Made by a program: the position numbers and the translations under genes
Shown: piece by piece, positions 1 through 10,651 of the stretch
Layout: the number at the start of each line of letters is the position of its first letter
How positions within the stretch are numbered: position 1 is the first letter of the stretch
Origin: Trueperaceae bacterium
Lineage (GTDB): Bacteria > Deinococcota > Deinococci > Deinococcales > Trueperaceae
Direction: 5' to 3'
DNA length: 64,000 bases
Assembly: GCA_965215565.1 (NCBI GenBank)
Contig: CBDCDZ010000004.1
Location: forward strand, 2,560,001-2,624,000
The notes under the pieces: model-generated
What the model was told of the DNA's origin: nothing
The model's database searches: none
The model's input: only the letters and a program-made list of their open reading frames with translations

Positions 1-940
1 CCCACGTGCCCGCGTACGACACCGCAACTTTCGGCACAATGCCCCAGACCGGCACGAGTCCGATGAGCTGCCGCGCCACCTGCCGAAAGAGAAAGCCGCC
101 CCCCAGCACGCCGATAAGTTCGCCCATGACCTCTTGCGGCTGCCCTTTTTTACCCGCAACAAGCGCGATTTTATACGCCATGATGAGCTGATTTTTAGTC
201 AGCACCACCATGTCGGCGGCGCTGATGGGGATGTTTAAGATAGGGACGACTTGCGCGAGGCCCGTCGAGGTGGCGTAGACGGCGTTCGCGCGGGAGGTCT
301 CGTCGATGAGCGCGCGCATCACCGCGTCTCGGAAGCGGGGCAAGTGGCGGGCAAAGGAGAGGTGATACCTAGAGGGTAGAGCGCTCAGAACCGCCGGGAC
401 GAGCACCGCTTCGACGTCACCTCGCCACGTGGGGACGCTCGGCCTACCTAAACGGACCCGCGCTGCCTCACGCTTATGGGGAACCTCTTCGGCCGCGCTT
501 TCTGCGCCTATGAAAACGACGACAGCGGGCACACCGCGCCGCGCTAGATTCTCGAGGGCTTGCGTCGCCGCCTTGTCGAGCGTCGGCGCTGTATAAGTTT
601 GTGGGGATTGAGTAGATAATTCTGTAGACCTTGCAGAAAGTTCGGTGGACTTAGCGGGCGCGGCGACGAGGAGAAGCGCCAAGTCAGTGTCTAAGTTATC
701 CGTGTCGTCCGCGCCGAAAGGCGCTTGAGTGAGCCAGGGGTGGACGTAGCCCGCCCGCTCCTCACCTTTCGCGACGCAGAGCGTCTCGGCGACGAGTTGA
801 GTGAGGGCATAGTCGCCTAAAATCAGCAGGGAGAAGCGCTGCTCAGCCTCGAGCTGCACCGCTCTTAAGTCCACCTCACGGAGGATGTTGAAGAGCCCGC
901 CCGTGGTGCTGATGTTCCTGAGACTGTCTAACGCCTTCAT
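1..940 (-). CDS. YcjF/DUF697-like protein, runs off the window edge
   Basis: Manual translation from ATG at 940 gives MKALDSLRNIS...ANAVYATSTGLAQVVPILNIPISAADMVVLTKNQLIMAYKIA...GGGFLFRQVARQLIGLVPVWG. The upstream gene's TAG abuts this ATG. Confidence 0.7.
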   Translation of the reverse strand, partial: MKALDSLRNISTTGGLFNILREVDLRAVQLEAEQRFSLLILGDYALTQLVAETLCVAKGEERAGYVHPWLTQAPFGADDTDNLDTDLALLLVAAPAKSTELSARSTELSTQSPQTYTAPTLDKAATQALENLARRGVPAVVVFIGAESAAEEVPHKREAARVRLGRPSVPTWRGDVEAVLVPAVLSALPSRYHLSFARHLPRFRDAVMRALIDETSRANAVYATSTGLAQVVPILNIPISAADMVVLTKNQLIMAYKIALVAGKKGQPQEVMGELIGVLGGGFLFRQVARQLIGLVPVWGIVPKVAVSYAGTW

Positions 941-1486
941 CTAAAACTCGAAGTCGTCGTTTCTGGAGCGGATAAAGTCTTCGAAGGCGTCGCTGCTGCG
1001 CTTCTTGGTCGTTGCGGTGCTAGGCGCAGGTGTACGCTTTGCGTCCTCGTTTCTCGCCTCAGTATCTCTCTCGGTGTCCCTTGTTCCCGCATCCCTCGTT
1101 TCAGGGTTCCTCGCCCGCGTGTCTCTCGTTCTAGTTCTTGCGCCGGTATTCCACGCCCGCCTGCTCGTCTCAACCTTTTCCCTTCCGGTCTCGCTCGCCC
1201 TATTCGCTTTTGCGTTTGCGCCGCGCACCTCGTCGTTGCTGGAGCCCGCGTAAACTCGAGCCGAGCGTTTCGCACTCCGCTCCTCCGCGCGCGTAGGTCT
1301 CTCCCGCTGAAGGTTCCAAAATTCAGCCTCGTCCTGCTCGGCGTTTTGCACGTCCTCTCGTACGTTTTCCTGTGTGTCGGGCTTGCGCCCCGGCGAGAGG
1401 ATGAACCACAGCGTCAGCACGACGCCGAGAAATAAGATATAGACGAGGAGCATGAGGGTAACGAGTGGACCGAAAGGCATATGCAA
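941..1486 (-). CDS. Hypothetical membrane-anchored protein with a charged low-complexity tail
   Basis: N-terminal TM helix, R/T/E-rich region and acidic C-terminus (DAFEDFIRSRNDDFEF). TATAAT lies just upstream. Confidence 0.65.
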   Translation of the reverse strand: MHMPFGPLVTLMLLVYILFLGVVLTLWFILSPGRKPDTQENVREDVQNAEQDEAEFWNLQRERPTRAEERSAKRSARVYAGSSNDEVRGANAKANRASETGREKVETSRRAWNTGARTRTRDTRARNPETRDAGTRDTERDTEARNEDAKRTPAPSTATTKKRSSDAFEDFIRSRNDDFEF

Positions 1487-1549
1487 CGATTATAGTACGC
1501 CTCTACCACTTCATGTGTTAAGACTCTGGACGGGCTCGAGTTCTAACCT

Positions 1550-1940
1550 TATCTCTCGCATTGACTCATCAACTGTCAGAAGTTTCAACATCGAGCCATT
1601 AGTCCCTGGCTTTTAGCCGTTAGCCAAAGCTTTTAAGCCAAGACCTAACCGCTAAGAGCTTTGGATAAAGAAATGCGTTCGTTCACAGTGGGTCTATGTG
1701 TTTCTGCAAATTAACAGCAGTTCCACGCTTCGCTGCACCAAGTGAGGGCGTTGCTTCGCAGAACTTCGTACACTATTTCTTCAAGGCTTGCGCGTCACTT
1801 CGCTCCCACTGGCGACTTCGTGAACGCATCCGACAAGCACGTTTCATTGCTACAGCAATGAAACGTGGAGATGCTATAAGTACACTTAACCGAATCCGCG
1901 ATAGCCCGTCAGTGTTTGAAGCAGTTAGAAAGCAAGACGC
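1550..1940. repeat. Composite intergenic repeat mosaic
   Basis: The start (CGCATTGACTCA...TTTCAACATCGAGCCATTAG) matches 59964-60010. It contains heptamer-like TTAGCC units, MITE right-end-type sequence (CAGCAGTTCCACG at 1715; GCAATGAAACGTGGAGATGCTA ending 1876) and CTTCG hairpins. Confidence 0.65.
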
Positions 1941-1945
1941 GCGAG

Positions 1946-2929
1946 CTACCCACTTAGAATATCAGCTAGCCTCGCCGGGTCCACGTTGCCGCCGCTCACG
2001 AGCAGAACGGTCGGTCCCTCCTTCAGACTGAGACCGTCTACCGGACCCTCCAAAAGCCGCCGATACGCTGCCAAGGTAATCGCGCCGGTCGGCTCGACAA
2101 CGAGTTTGACGTCGGTGAGGTAGTCCCTCGTCGCCTCTAAAATCGCCTCTTCGGACACCGTAACGATACCCGCCACTTTCTCCCGAATAATTGCAAAGGT
2201 GTGCTCGCCTAAGCTCTGCGTTCTCACACCGTCCGCCACCGTCCGCGAAGTGAGCGCCATATCCCACGTTTGTAGCGCGCCTGAGTCGAACGACGCCTTG
2301 CCGTCAGCGGCGAGTTCGGGCTCGACACCGATGATTTGCGCGTCGGGGCAGCGTTCGCGGAGAGCGGTTACGATACCTGACAACAAACCGCCGCCACCTA
2401 AACAGACCAAGACGTTGGCAACTCGGGGCAAGTCCTCGGCGATTTCTAAGCCCACTGTGCCTTGCCCTTCGATGATCCAGGGATGGTCGAAGGGGGGCAC
2501 GAGCGTCTTGCCCGTCTTTTGGGCGAGTTCACGCGCCACGCGCTCACGCTCGCCGCTCCGACTTTCACAGCGCACCACCTCCGCGCCCCACGCTTCAGTG
2601 CGCTGCACCTTGGTGCCCGGTGCGTTATCGGGGATGACGATGGTCGCGCTCACGCCGAAGAGGTGCGCGGCGCAGGCGACGCCCTGGGCGTGGTTGCCGC
2701 TCGAGAACGCCACCACCCCCCTCTCTCGCACTTCACCCAACGACGCGAGAAAGTTGTACGCCCCGCGCAGCTTGAACGAGCCCGTGAGCTGCAAGCTCTC
2801 CGCTTTGGCGTAGACGTTTTCATAGAAGGGTAAACGGATGAGCGGCGTGCGCACAGCGGTTCCTTCTAAACGCTCCGCTGCCTTTTGGATACCTGCAAAG
2901 CTTGCGTGCTCGGATAATACAGAAGTCAT
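1946..2929 (-). CDS. PLP-dependent threonine/serine dehydratase family protein
   Basis: Motifs KAESLQLTGSFKLRGA, SSGNHAQG, GGGGL, EPTGA and SGGN. Confidence 0.9.
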   Translation of the reverse strand: MTSVLSEHASFAGIQKAAERLEGTAVRTPLIRLPFYENVYAKAESLQLTGSFKLRGAYNFLASLGEVRERGVVAFSSGNHAQGVACAAHLFGVSATIVIPDNAPGTKVQRTEAWGAEVVRCESRSGERERVARELAQKTGKTLVPPFDHPWIIEGQGTVGLEIAEDLPRVANVLVCLGGGGLLSGIVTALRERCPDAQIIGVEPELAADGKASFDSGALQTWDMALTSRTVADGVRTQSLGEHTFAIIREKVAGIVTVSEEAILEATRDYLTDVKLVVEPTGAITLAAYRRLLEGPVDGLSLKEGPTVLLVSGGNVDPARLADILSG

Positions 2930-3184
2930 AAGTTCATTAAACGCCCTTTGGACGCCCTAAAACAAGGTTTGACCGAATTTGAAGTAGGAAGATATGGGTG
3001 TGAGGGCTCGAGCCTAAGCGACTCGGCTGCAACTTGAAACCCAAATGAAACTAAGTCAAGTCTGTTCAGAACGGTGAAAACCGCTTCGGGTTCTTAGAGA
3101 GGTGATTTCTCTGTCTCTAAAGAGGTCGTTGGGCAAATCTGAAAAGTGTTATGCAGCCTTCTGTCCAGGTTCGGGTGCAACCTC

Positions 3185-3213
3185 TTGACGAATAGCGCAT
3201 ACGGGTGTATACT
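3185..3213 (+). promoter_or_regulatory. Near-consensus sigma70 promoter
   Basis: TTGACG-N17-TATACT. Confidence 0.75.
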
Positions 3214-3219
3214 TAAACT

Positions 3220-3274
3220 ATATACGCGCTGAGGACGTTGCAAAGAACTGCAAAAGGTCCCTGGCGATTTTTTT
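3220..3274 (+). ncRNA. Candidate ~55-nt small RNA or orphan attenuator
   Basis: Follows the promoter. Stem CGCTGAGGAC...GTCCCTGGCG is followed by T7, and no intact ORF lies downstream. Confidence 0.4.
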
Positions 3275-3324
3275 GTCCCCTATAGTTTGAGGCTCGAGTC
3301 CAAGCCGCCACTCACAAGAGGTGT

Positions 3325-3420
3325 ATGGTAGAGTCACGGCGCTCCTCAAAGACCGACGGGTGAAGTTGTTACGCCGCAGGAACCCCGGAGGTTTGGCTCT
3401 TCAACCTCGCAGAGAAGCGT
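3325..3420 (+). pseudogene. Frameshifted Uma2 endonuclease remnant
   Basis: Reads ...LKDRRVKLL / YAAGTPEVWLFNLAEKR across a frameshift, matching the Uma2 DRxxK..YAxxGxxExW motif. Confidence 0.55.
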
Positions 3421-3505
3421 TCCGCGCTCCGACGCTCTCCTAAACAGACCCCAAAATGGCTGAGCGAAGCGGTTGTAGTTAAAAGCTCGAGGCGAACTTG
3501 TCACC

Positions 3506-5212
3506 TCACGCAAGGTGGTAGACTCGAGCTTCGAACGCCCGCAACTTCACTTCGCGAATATCCTCACTCGGCTCGACCTCATAGTTGCTGATTAGACACG
3601 TCTTCTCCGCAAACTGTACGTCGCTCGGTAGCTTAAACGTGGGCGTGTTCTCCGAGACGTTCAAGATAACGAGCAAGCGCGTTCCTTCTAACGTCCTGGT
3701 AAACGCATAAATCTCCTCGTGCTCCGCTAGCAGCAGATCGTACGCGCCGTAGATGATGACGGGATGCGCTCTGCGCAGTTCGATGAGCGTTTTATAGAAG
3801 GCGAGAATGCTTTCGGGGTCACCGAGAGAATTCTCTACGTTGATATCTTTAGCGTTCGGGTTGACCTCTATCCAAGGCGTGCCCTCGGTGAAGCCCGCGT
3901 GACGCGAGGCGTTCCACTGCACCGGCGTACGGGCGTTGTCGCGGCTCTTTGCCTGGATGAGCGCCAGCACCTCTTGAGGGTCCGTCCCCTTTTCAACGAG
4001 TTCTTGGTACATGTTGAGCGTCGCCACGTCTCGGTAGTCGGAGATGGAGTCGAAGGCGGCGTTCGTCATGCCGATCTCCTCGCCTTGATAGATGTAGGGC
4101 GTCCCCTTGAGCATATGCGTGAGCGCGGCGAGAAGTTTGGCGGATTGGACGCGGTACGCGCCGTCATCGCCGAAGCGGGAGACCGCGCGGGGCAGGTCGT
4201 GGTTGTTGAAGAACTGGGCGTTCCAGCCCCCGTCTAGCTCGAGCTGCCAGCGTGTCAGCACCTCTTTTAACTCCACGAGGCTCCAAGGTACTTGGCTCCA
4301 GTCGGGCGTGTCGCTGCTGCTGTCTTTATCGAGTTCTAAGTGCTCGAACTGGAAGAGCATGTTGAGCGAGCCAGTCTCCTCATGGGTCAGCTCAATGGCG
4401 TGCTCTACCGTGATGAGCCCCGTTTCGCCGACGGTGAGTACGTCGTAGTGGCTGAGCACCTCCTCTTTCATCTCCCGCAGAAACTCGTAGAGCCGGGGTC
4501 CGTTAAAAACGAGCGAGCCGGGAAACTGGTAGCGACTCTCGCTCGTGGCGGGCGCATCAGGCAGCCCCGGCGCTTTAGAAATGAGGTTGATAGCGTCTAG
4601 GCGAAACCCGTCGATGCCCCTGTCCAGCCACCACCGCATCATCTCATAGATGGCGCTACGGACCGCCGGATTCTCCCAGTTGAGGTCAGGCTGCTTCGCA
4701 GAAAAGAGGTGGAGGTAGTACTCGCCCGTGGTTTTGTCATACTGCCACGCCGAGCCGCCGAAGAGTGAGCGCCAGTTGTTGGGTTGCCCCTCTCGACCGG
4801 AACGCCAGATGTAAAAGTTGCGGTAGGGGTTGTCTTTAGATTTGCGCGACTCTACGAACCAGGGGTGCTCGTCGCTGGTGTGGCTGACGACTAAATCCAT
4901 GATGAGCTTCATGCCGCGCCCGTGCAACTCGCTGAGGAGTTCGTCCAGGTCGTCCAGCGTGCCGAACTCCTCAGCGATAGCTCTGTAGTCGCTGATGTCG
5001 TAACCGTTATCGTCGTTGGGCGACTCGTACACCGGGCACAGCCAGACCACGTCGACGCCCAAATCTTGGACGTAGTCGAGCTTCTGAATGACGCCGCGCA
5101 AATCGCCGACGCCGTCACCCTTTGAGTCATAGAAGCTGCGCGGGTAAATCTGGTAGACGACGCTCTCCTTCCACCAAGTCGGGGTGGGCGTCCGGGTTGT
5201 GTCCTTATCCAT
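3506..5212 (-). CDS. GH13 oligo-1,6-glucosidase / alpha-glucosidase
   Basis: Motifs WWKESVVYQIYPRSF, DNGYD, QPDLNW, GFRLDA, NHD and YQGEEIG. Confidence 0.92.
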   Translation of the reverse strand: MDKDTTRTPTPTWWKESVVYQIYPRSFYDSKGDGVGDLRGVIQKLDYVQDLGVDVVWLCPVYESPNDDNGYDISDYRAIAEEFGTLDDLDELLSELHGRGMKLIMDLVVSHTSDEHPWFVESRKSKDNPYRNFYIWRSGREGQPNNWRSLFGGSAWQYDKTTGEYYLHLFSAKQPDLNWENPAVRSAIYEMMRWWLDRGIDGFRLDAINLISKAPGLPDAPATSESRYQFPGSLVFNGPRLYEFLREMKEEVLSHYDVLTVGETGLITVEHAIELTHEETGSLNMLFQFEHLELDKDSSSDTPDWSQVPWSLVELKEVLTRWQLELDGGWNAQFFNNHDLPRAVSRFGDDGAYRVQSAKLLAALTHMLKGTPYIYQGEEIGMTNAAFDSISDYRDVATLNMYQELVEKGTDPQEVLALIQAKSRDNARTPVQWNASRHAGFTEGTPWIEVNPNAKDINVENSLGDPESILAFYKTLIELRRAHPVIIYGAYDLLLAEHEEIYAFTRTLEGTRLLVILNVSENTPTFKLPSDVQFAEKTCLISNYEVEPSEDIREVKLRAFEARVYHLA

Positions 5213-5374
5213 GAACGTTCCTTTGGAATTCGAAGTAGGTTAAGCCGAGTGAGAAACCACAAAAAATGAGCCCACGAGCGAGATGCCCACGTGTCTAGGT
5301 GCCTACGAAACGCGGCGGCGTCAGCGAAGCGCAACCTCGTGTGGTCCAATCAGTGACGATAACCCATGAGCCAC

Positions 5375-5528
5375 TAGCACTTCCAAAACATATTGAGATA
5401 GGGTGCCGCAGGTCTCAGCGAAGCTAGCGGGATTTCACCTCACAACGTGCGTGCTAATTACGAAGTTTTCACGCAGTGAAACAGTGTTTTCTACAGTGAG
5501 GGTGTTTCAGACCAGATAATACCTGCTA
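5375..5528 (-). mobile_element. MITE-like element copy 1 (111-bp unit plus 23-nt and 20-nt inserts)
   Basis: Reverse complement starts TAGCAGGTATTATCTGGTC and ends TGGAAGTGCTA. It is nearly identical to 11412-11565. Confidence 0.8.
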
Positions 5529-5609
5529 CATGTAACAAGGGCTTACTGAGTATCGCTCACTGTTCCTCGCACCGCCTTCTTCGCCCGGTAAAACAGCGAC
5601 AATAGCGCT

Positions 5610-5978
5610 ATGTCTTTCAACCTCTTCTTTATCCTCCACGGAATCGTCACGCTCCTAACCGCCGTTACCTTTTTATTTGCGCCGGGCGTCATGCTCGTCC
5701 TCTTCGGCACGCCCGCGAACCCCGCCATCAACCTCGTCACGCAGCTTTTGGGCGCGGCGTTTTTGGGCATCGGCGGCGTCGCGTTAGCGGCGGGGCGCAT
5801 CGGCAGCGCTGAGTTTAAGCGCACCGCCGCACTGGTTCTACTCGTCGCCAGCGTGATGGGCTTTATCGTCAGCATCATCGGGCAGTTTCGCGGCGTGACG
5901 GGTCCGGTGGGCTGGGGCGCGGTGCTGATTTACGGAACGCTCACGGTGGGGTACAGCATATTTCTAATGAGAGACTAA
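5610..5978 (+). CDS. Small integral membrane protein (4 TM)
   Basis: 122-aa hydrophobic ORF. Confidence 0.65.
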   Translation: MSFNLFFILHGIVTLLTAVTFLFAPGVMLVLFGTPANPAINLVTQLLGAAFLGIGGVALAAGRIGSAEFKRTAALVLLVASVMGFIVSIIGQFRGVTGPVGWGAVLIYGTLTVGYSIFLMRD

Positions 5979-6328
5979 CCTCTCGCCCAGGTCCGCGCCT
6001 GTCCCTCTTCCTCCGGCCCAAAGGTTTTCACTTTGGCTTCGGTAAGAGGTGAAGCAAGCTCAGTTGCCGCGTCTTCCCAGCTTTCGTCTCCGACCACGGC
6101 GACTTTCTCGAAATCGTTCAGGTGCTTCGCGTCGAACTTGAGGTCTTCCCATAAGGCTCCGGGCGTTGCGCCTTCAAACTGGGTGATGTCTAAAAGTAGC
6201 CTGACCTTGCCGTGCTCTTGGATAAGCTCCTCGAGCCTCGGCACCACCCGTTCGTAATCCTCTTCGCTCACCTTACCGTCGGTGCGAATCACCGCGAGTT
6301 TAGGCGCTTCGATACTGAGTTCGTACAT
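5975..6328 (-). CDS. SpoIIAA-like (STAS/SEC14) protein
   Basis: ALWEDLKFDAKH..FEKVAVVGD..W pattern, with SD GGGGAG before ATG 6328. Confidence 0.8.
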   Translation of the reverse strand: MYELSIEAPKLAVIRTDGKVSEEDYERVVPRLEELIQEHGKVRLLLDITQFEGATPGALWEDLKFDAKHLNDFEKVAVVGDESWEDAATELASPLTEAKVKTFGPEEEGQARTWARG

Positions 6329-6415
6329 ACTCTCCCCTTTCGTACTCATGTTAAAGCGCCGCCACTGACTTGACTGCGGCGCAAACGTAGAAGCGTCAGG
6401 CGGAGCGTTCTCTCG

Positions 6416-6766
6416 TTACGAACGGATAGGTTTGTTAGCTGGGCTCGCCAACGTCTCTATCTGGTCAGCGTCACCGCAGGTTTGGCCTATTTCAGCGAGC
6501 CGCACCTGTACCTCGCTGACGAGGCGGGCAAAACGGTCCACTTCGCCTACGACGCGCTGTAAGTTGCGCTCGGGGCTCGAGTCGCCGCTGTAGTTTTGAA
6601 GAATGATGTTGACCAGGCACCGCGCCGCTTCCTCTTCTAAAGAGGCGGCGCGGCTTGGGTCAGGACCTACGTCATCGTAGGCGCATCTAAAAAAATCACT
6701 CGGGTAGGTTTCGTCGATAAGGTATATCAGCGTATCTAACAAATAGGTATTGTGGTACTTACGCAT
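6416..6766 (-). CDS. Hypothetical protein
   Basis: 116-aa ATG-initiated ORF with no recognisable motif. Confidence 0.5.
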   Translation of the reverse strand: MRKYHNTYLLDTLIYLIDETYPSDFFRCAYDDVGPDPSRAASLEEEAARCLVNIILQNYSGDSSPERNLQRVVGEVDRFARLVSEVQVRLAEIGQTCGDADQIETLASPANKPIRS

Positions 6767-6821
6767 AGCCCTAAGTCTGCCATTTTTGGTGCGGAAACGA
6801 TGTTCTCTTTCTTACTTTGTA

Positions 6822-6954
6822 TAGCAGGTATCATCTGGTCAGCTACACTCTATACTTACAGGAACATCGTTTCCTAACGGAAAACTGCGTAATTAGCACG
6901 CATTCTAAGGGATGATATCTGCGAAAAGTGTAGCAATGAAACGTAGAAGCGCTA
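6822..6954 (+). mobile_element. MITE-like element copy 2 (with 22-nt insert)
   Basis: TAGCAGGTATCATCTGGTC...GCACGCA...GATGATATCTGCG...GAAGCGCTA. Confidence 0.8.
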
Positions 6955-7057
6955 GTAATTAGATTCACATAAAGACGAGGGGCTAGAGCGCCACAATCTC
7001 TCGCGGCAATGTCAGTACTGCTCTAATCTCAACACTTCAAATCGCCTAAAGTTGGGC

Positions 7058-7711
7058 ATGACGAAACTTTTGGTAACAGGCGGCAATGGGTTTATCGGCG
7101 GTGAAGTCTGCAAAGTTGCGCTACAAAGAGGGTGTGAGGTCATCGGCGTAGCGCGGAGCGGTGGACCTGACCTAGACGAGCCCTGGGTAAAAGAGGTCAC
7201 GTGGGTCAAAGCGAACGTCTTAGAGCCCAACCTCTGGCGAGCCCACCTAGCGGGTTGTGACGCGGTAGTCCACTCTATCGGCATCCTCAAAGAGCAGCCG
7301 GATAAGGGCGTGACCTTCGAGCGCATCAACGGCGACACCGCTATCGTCGCAGTAGAAGAGGCGGAGCGAGCGGGCGTAAGCGCGTTCGTGTTCGTGTCCG
7401 CCTCCACCACGCCGCCGACAGTGGACGGAGCCTATCTAGAGCATAAGCGCCGCGCCGAAGAAGAGATCGCGAAAAGAAGTCTGCGCCCCGTCATCTTACG
7501 CCCGTCGCTCGTGTACGGCTCTAGACGCCCTCTCTCCAACGTCGTCGGCAAGGCAGTTGAGTTCGCGCAAAAAATCCCTGGCGTTTCCAAAGAGGACAGC
7601 CCAATGTCAGTCGAGACCTTGGCGAAGGCGGCAGTCAACGCCGCACTTCGAGAAGAGGTCAGCGGAATTCTGGATGTGGGCACAATTGAGGCGTTGGGGA
7701 AAGATAGTTAA
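7058..7711 (+). CDS. NAD-dependent epimerase/dehydratase (NDUFA9-like SDR)
   Basis: Motifs TGGNGFIG, YxxxK and RPSLVYG. Confidence 0.85.
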   Translation: MTKLLVTGGNGFIGGEVCKVALQRGCEVIGVARSGGPDLDEPWVKEVTWVKANVLEPNLWRAHLAGCDAVVHSIGILKEQPDKGVTFERINGDTAIVAVEEAERAGVSAFVFVSASTTPPTVDGAYLEHKRRAEEEIAKRSLRPVILRPSLVYGSRRPLSNVVGKAVEFAQKIPGVSKEDSPMSVETLAKAAVNAALREEVSGILDVGTIEALGKDS

Positions 7712-7712
7712 A

Positions 7713-7780
7713 AGCAACGAGCAATGAGCAATGAGTCTAAAGATTTTTACTCATTGCTCATTGCTCGTTACTCATTGCTC
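7713..7780. repeat. Inverted heptamer array (GCAATGA)n / (TCATTGC)n
   Basis: GCAACGA GCAATGA GCAATGA...CTCATTG CTCATTG, between convergent genes. Confidence 0.85.
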
Positions 7781-7782
7781 TT

Positions 7783-8607
7783 TTATGCAACTACCCGCTT
7801 ACGCATCCGCCACACGCTAAAGGCGCAGAGCGCCGCGCCCACCCCTAAGAGGTACAGCGCACTCCAGGCGAGCCCCGCCACCTCGCCGTTCACGACGCCG
7901 CGCAGAAGCTGAACACCGTGATAAAGAGGCGTCGCTTTGGCGAACGCCACCAAAAAACCGGGGAAACGCTCCTCGACGGGGAAGAAGATATCCGAGAAGA
8001 GAAAGGAGGGCGTGACGAACATGATGAAGAAGTAGGTGAAGAGGTCGATGCTTTTCACGACAGACGTAAATGCCAGACCGATGGCGGAGAAGCAGAAGCC
8101 CGTGAGGATGATGGCGAAGGGCGCGAGTAAGAGCCAGGGCGTGAGCGGTACGCCGAAAAAGAGCGTGATGAGAAGGAAGATGCCGCCGTACATCGCCGAG
8201 CGCGTCGTCGCCCAGAGCGTCTCCCCGATGACGACATCTTCCATATTCACACGAGTCGCCACCACCGCGTCATAAATCCTGTGAATATCGAGCTTGACGA
8301 AGACGTTATACGTCGTTTCGAAGACCGCACCGTTCATCGCGGAGGCGGCAACCAAACCGGGCGCGATAAAGGCGACGTAGCCGTTCTCAAAGGTGCCGCC
8401 GCCCGACACGTACGCCCCTAAGCCCACCCCGAGACCCAAGAGGTAGAAGACCGGCTCGAAGAAGTTCGGCACGAGCGAGTACATCCAGCGGTGCTTGTAG
8501 ACGCGGGCGTTGCGCTCCCAGACGCGCCACGCGCCCGTTAGAGAGATGAGCTTGCGGGAGCCGTAGCCGCCCTTTCGACTTGCCGAACCGAGTGAAGATT
8601 GTGCCAC
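7783..8607 (-). CDS. ABC-2 permease (NodJ-like)
   Basis: Motifs EPVFYLLGLGVGLG, YVAFIAPGL and TPLYHGVQLLR. A GTG start at 8607 has SD GAGG; the longer ORF-track start overlaps the next gene. Confidence 0.85.
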   Translation of the reverse strand: MAQSSLGSASRKGGYGSRKLISLTGAWRVWERNARVYKHRWMYSLVPNFFEPVFYLLGLGVGLGAYVSGGGTFENGYVAFIAPGLVAASAMNGAVFETTYNVFVKLDIHRIYDAVVATRVNMEDVVIGETLWATTRSAMYGGIFLLITLFFGVPLTPWLLLAPFAIILTGFCFSAIGLAFTSVVKSIDLFTYFFIMFVTPSFLFSDIFFPVEERFPGFLVAFAKATPLYHGVQLLRGVVNGEVAGLAWSALYLLGVGAALCAFSVWRMRKRVVA

Positions 8608-8674
8608 TTGATACCTCTTTAACTTCCGTGCAATTTTGTTACTTCTCAATACCTCTTGACCTCGCTCAACGAAT

Positions 8675-9235
8675 TCACAGATTGAACGACCTATCTCCGA
8701 ACAGATACGTCGGCTTACCGTCCAAACTGACCTCATTCTTTTCGCGCCTATAGTCTACGAGCTTCGCCTCACCCTTGCGCTCTGCCCACCGGATGAGGTC
8801 ATCGCGCTCACTCACGTAGTCGAAGAAGGGAACGCTCATTCCGCAAGAGGTCTGCACCAAGTCAACGTTCAGGTCGAAGATTTGGCGCGTGCCGGGCAGG
8901 TCAGGAAAGAGGCCCGCGAGGTCAGACCAAGCCGCGTCTCTAGGATGAACTACCTCAGCCTGTCCGTAGAGCCGTAAGATCATCGGGCGGCCCTCAAAGG
9001 CGCAAAACATGAGGGTCATGCGGTTGGTTTCGGCGACGTGCGCGGCGCTCTCATTGCCGCTGCCCGTGACGCTGAGCCAGACCACGCGGTTTGGACTGAG
9101 TACACGCAGAGAGTCCATCCCCTTGGGTGAAATGTTGACGCGCCCGTCACAGCTCGCTGTGCCGACAAAGAAGAGGTTTTGCGCCTCGATAAAGGTTTGG
9201 TGGACGCTGCTTATCTGCTCATACTGCTTACCCAT
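8675..9235 (-). CDS. Pyridoxamine 5'-phosphate oxidase-like FMN-binding protein
   Basis: Motifs VNISPKG, TGSGNE, MFCAFEG.P.ILRLYG and VQTSCG. Confidence 0.85.
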   Translation of the reverse strand: MGKQYEQISSVHQTFIEAQNLFFVGTASCDGRVNISPKGMDSLRVLSPNRVVWLSVTGSGNESAAHVAETNRMTLMFCAFEGRPMILRLYGQAEVVHPRDAAWSDLAGLFPDLPGTRQIFDLNVDLVQTSCGMSVPFFDYVSERDDLIRWAERKGEAKLVDYRREKNEVSLDGKPTYLFGDRSFNL

Positions 9236-9246
9236 GATGCCTCCTT

Positions 9247-9314
9247 AGTTGAAAGCAATGAGCAATGAGCAGAAGGTTCTAGACTCGTTGCTTTCAACTC
9301 ATTGCTCATTGCTA
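9247..9314. repeat. Inverted heptamer array
   Basis: AGTTGAAAGCAATGAGCAATGAG...CTCGTTGCTTTCAACTCATTGCTCATTGCT. Confidence 0.85.
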
Positions 9315-9315
9315 T

Positions 9316-10290
<975 letters not shown>

Positions 10291-10432
10291 TTTAGCACCT
10301 CGAGCCTCATCATAAGACCTCTTCACGGCTTGCGGGTGTAGGCGAGAGCGCACCCGCTCGCCCCGAAAAACCGTGTGCTGACGCGCTATCCTCACGCGCT
10401 TTCTCTTGCTACGTTCTTTATGGAGGGTAGAT

Positions 10433-10651
10433 ATGGGTAGCTATAACAAAGGCGACACCGTTTCTTGGTCTTGGGGCAACGGCCGCGCCTCGGGTAAAAT
10501 CACCGAGAAGCATAAGGACGACGTGACGAAGACGATCAAAGGTAGCGAGGTCACGAAACACGGCACCGAAGACAACCCCGCCATCCTTATCGAGCAGGAC
10601 GACGGAACGCAGGTCTTAAAACTCGAGAGTGAAGTCGAGAAGGAGTCTTAG
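10433..10651 (+). CDS. DUF2945 (Hva1 TUDOR-like) small protein
   Basis: GDTVSWSWGNG..G and IEQDDG..VLK pattern, with SD GGAGG. Confidence 0.75.
   Translation: MGSYNKGDTVSWSWGNGRASGKITEKHKDDVTKTIKGSEVTKHGTEDNPAILIEQDDGTQVLKLESEVEKES

Noticed and set aside
1696..2031. 111-aa ORF, and similarly 7724-7912, 13386-13571 and 52275-52466
   Set aside because: These lie over repeat mosaics or antisense to real genes and have no protein-like motifs.
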